Shown piece after piece: positions 61,896 through 64,000 of a stretch of 64,000 bases of DNA (the first letter of the stretch is position 1; each line of letters starts with the position of its first letter). The notes under the pieces were generated by a model. The model did not search any database. It was not told where the DNA came from and was given only the letters and a program-made list of their open reading frames with translations. The position numbers and the translations under genes were made by a program. The stretch comes from Cellvibrionaceae bacterium (GTDB taxonomy: Bacteria > Pseudomonadota > Gammaproteobacteria > Pseudomonadales > JAILXX01), in NCBI GenBank assembly GCA_045430295.1, contig JAILXX010000005.1, positions 22,345 through 86,344 of the forward strand. Direction: 5' to 3'.

Positions 61896-63311
61896 TCAAA
61901 AAGTAATGCGGTGTCCACGGTGAGGGATTTCTGCGCTAATGGACTTTTCTTGAAGCAGTTTTGTCGCCAGTGTTTCCAATGCCGATACTTCTCCATGAAT
62001 TAAAAACAGACGAGGTTTGTTCGTAAAATGAGAAACCCAGGCTATCAGTTCCTTTTGCCCTGCGTGGGCAGACAAACCACCGATGGTTTCTATTTGTGCG
62101 CGTACGAAGAAATCATCACCAAACATTTTGTATTTTTTTACGCCGTCAATGAGCATGCGCCCTAGAGTGCCTTTTGCTTGAAAACCGACGAAAATTACAG
62201 TGTTGTTTTCTTGCCAGATTCGGTGCTTAAAATGATGTCGAATCCTTCCACCGGTACACATACCGCTGCCGGCGATAATAATTGCACCTTTTGATATTCG
62301 ATTAATGGCCATGGATTCATCGGTACTGGCGGTGGTATGTAGAACCGGTAAAAAGGCTTCCAAGGAGGAAAGCTTTTGCTGATCAATATATTGGGTATCT
62401 TTGGAGTCGAGAAGGGATAACCAGCGGTTGTACACTTGGGTGACCTCGATAGCCATAGGGCTGTCGAGAAAGACTTGCCAATTGTCTAATTTCCCCTGGT
62501 GGTAAAGACAGCCTAGGTGGAAAAGTATTTCTTGAGTTCGGCCTACCGCGAAGGCGGGAATCATAACGTTTCCACCTCGCTGCCAAGTTTTGGCAAGGAT
62601 GTTTTCCAGTTGCTGTGCGGAATTATCAATGCTGCGGTGATTGCGATTGCCGTAGGTGCCTTCCATTAAAACCACATCGGCTTGCTGTAGGGTGGTGGCA
62701 TCTTTCATGAGGACGGCATCGTCGTTCCCTAAGTCACCGGAAAAGACTAGGGTTTTGGTTTGCTCTTGTTCTTTCTCTTTCTCTGTGAGGGTCAGTTCAA
62801 CAATCGCGGAGCCGAGAATGTGTCCTGCATCGTGAAAACACACTTGTGCTTGTTGGCCAATGCCAGTGCTTTGGTTATAGGGGGAGGTTTCTAGTTGATT
62901 TAATACCTTATCGACATCTGCCCGTTCATACTCGGGCTTGATGAGCTTTCTCCCGCTGCGTTCGCGGCGCAGGTTCTCCCGCTCCAGATCTCGCTCATAC
63001 AGGCCGACGGCGTCGTCTAGCATAATTTCTAGGAGCTCTGCGGTGGCATCAGTGCAGTAGATTGGCCCTGTAAACCCTTGGTGTACCAGTTTGGGGAGCA
63101 TGCCCGAGTGGTCTAGATGTGCATGAGAAATGATGACGCCATCAATGGTGTTGGGTTTGAATTCAAACTGCTCGCGCCCTACCCGGTCTACAGCATCTCC
63201 TCCTTGGTGCATACCGCATTCCAGCAGTAATCGCCCTAGTGCCGGTGATTCCAGTAGGTAGCAGGAGCCCGTTACTTCTTGGGCTGCGCCGTAAAAGGTG
63301 AGCTTTGCCAT
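61896..63311 (-). CDS. MBL-fold beta-CASP hydrolase (predicted ribonuclease)
   Basis: GAAQEVTGSC, SHAHLDHSG, AGHILGS, FSGDLG, AFAVGRTQE, GSGMCTGGRI, SAHA, IHGE. Confidence 0.93.
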   Translation of the reverse strand: MAKLTFYGAAQEVTGSCYLLESPALGRLLLECGMHQGGDAVDRVGREQFEFKPNTIDGVIISHAHLDHSGMLPKLVHQGFTGPIYCTDATAELLEIMLDDAVGLYERDLERENLRRERSGRKLIKPEYERADVDKVLNQLETSPYNQSTGIGQQAQVCFHDAGHILGSAIVELTLTEKEKEQEQTKTLVFSGDLGNDDAVLMKDATTLQQADVVLMEGTYGNRNHRSIDNSAQQLENILAKTWQRGGNVMIPAFAVGRTQEILFHLGCLYHQGKLDNWQVFLDSPMAIEVTQVYNRWLSLLDSKDTQYIDQQKLSSLEAFLPVLHTTASTDESMAINRISKGAIIIAGSGMCTGGRIRHHFKHRIWQENNTVIFVGFQAKGTLGRMLIDGVKKYKMFGDDFFVRAQIETIGGLSAHAGQKELIAWVSHFTNKPRLFLIHGEVSALETLATKLLQEKSISAEIPHRGHRITF

Positions 63312-63385
63312 AAGGTCTCCATTCGGGGCTTCTCTATAAAGTGTATGTCATAGGTGGAGAAAAGGAGTGATTTGGCGCATATAAA

Positions 63386-63413
63386 CCCAATATCAAAAAA
63401 TCTTGATATTGGG
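63386..63413. promoter_or_regulatory. Probable autoregulatory operator of the SahR-type regulator
   Basis: Perfect 11-6-11 inverted repeat CCCAATATCAA-aaaatc-TTGATATTGGG, 24 bp before the ATG. Confidence 0.75.
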
Positions 63414-63437
63414 CAAAAGCCTGCTAGACTGGTGCTC

Positions 63438-64000
63438 ATGCCGAAAAAATCCACCGAAAAAGTCACCCCTATACAGCCTATTTCCGAGGCGGAACAGCTG
63501 GCAGCCTTGCTGAAAGCCGGTGGCGATCCGCTGAGACTGCAGGTATTGCAGGTGCTGGGGCAGAACTCTTACGGTGTGCTGGAACTGTGTCGAATTTTGG
63601 ATGTGCGCCAGTCGGGCATGAGCCACCACCTGAAAGTGATGGCCACAGGGGGGCTTGTAGCAACCCGCCGGGAAGGTAACTCCATTTTCTATCGTCGCCA
63701 GTATGGTGATGGAGAAACCGCAAGCCTATTGGCGAGTTTGTTTACGGTGGTTGATCGATTGCCTTTGGATGAAGACATCCAGAGCAAGATTACCGAAGTC
63801 CATCAGGAACGAGTGTCTTCGTCAGCGCAATTTTTTAACGACAATGCGGAGCGTTTCCAAGAGCAGCAAGATTTGATCGCCAGCTTCCGTCAGTACGGAG
63901 ACGAAGTGGCGGCTTTGTTGGACAAACACCTTGAGGACAAGCACCTCAAAAAGGGTAAGCGCCAGTGTGTTGTGGAAATTGGTCCAGGTCGTGGTGAGTT
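63438..64000 (+). CDS. sahR: ArsR-HTH/methyltransferase fusion regulator (SahR-like), truncated by the window edge
   Basis: Manual translation: KAGGDPLRLQVL..SYGVLELC..RQSGMSHHLKV..TRREGNSIFYRR, FQEQQDLIA, and SAM-binding motif VEIGPGRG at the edge. Confidence 0.8.
   Translation, partial: MPKKSTEKVTPIQPISEAEQLAALLKAGGDPLRLQVLQVLGQNSYGVLELCRILDVRQSGMSHHLKVMATGGLVATRREGNSIFYRRQYGDGETASLLASLFTVVDRLPLDEDIQSKITEVHQERVSSSAQFFNDNAERFQEQQDLIASFRQYGDEVAALLDKHLEDKHLKKGKRQCVVEIGPGRGE

Overview
Chromosomal window of a gammaproteobacterium, probably marine and Cellvibrionales/Oceanospirillales-like (inferred from gene content and REP types). No rRNA, tRNA, CRISPR array, prophage or intact transposase was seen. 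The backbone is housekeeping: a Fur-boxed Fe(III) ABC transporter, cobB/prpE, cyaA, algZ-algR, argH-hemCDXY, ubiD, pckA, hslO-hslR-yrfG/nudE-cysQ, a Na/Pi symporter, a beta-CASP hydrolase and a partial sahR. Two accessory blocks stand out. (1) A ~14 kb block between algZ and argH: a RetS-like kinase, a frameshifted mgsA and a complete Entner-Doudoroff/lower-glycolysis run (zwf-pgl-edd-glk-eda-gap-pyk). It has a perfect LacI-type operator, an intact LacI-family gene and two truncated gene remnants. (2) An uncharacterised module at 51.2-60.2 kb: an acetoacetate-decarboxylase-superfamily protein, a CrtP/amine-oxidase-like flavoprotein with an acidic insertion, a TonB-dependent receptor behind an RBS-occluding hairpin, and a 7TM-DISM hybrid kinase with His-less Hpt-like domains. 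This second block is the best candidate for an undescribed system. Intergenic DNA holds several REP families, a MITE-like element, and a 53-bp double-hairpin GGA element nested in two unrelated REPs with compensatory base changes. All product calls come from motif recognition by eye; no database search was run.
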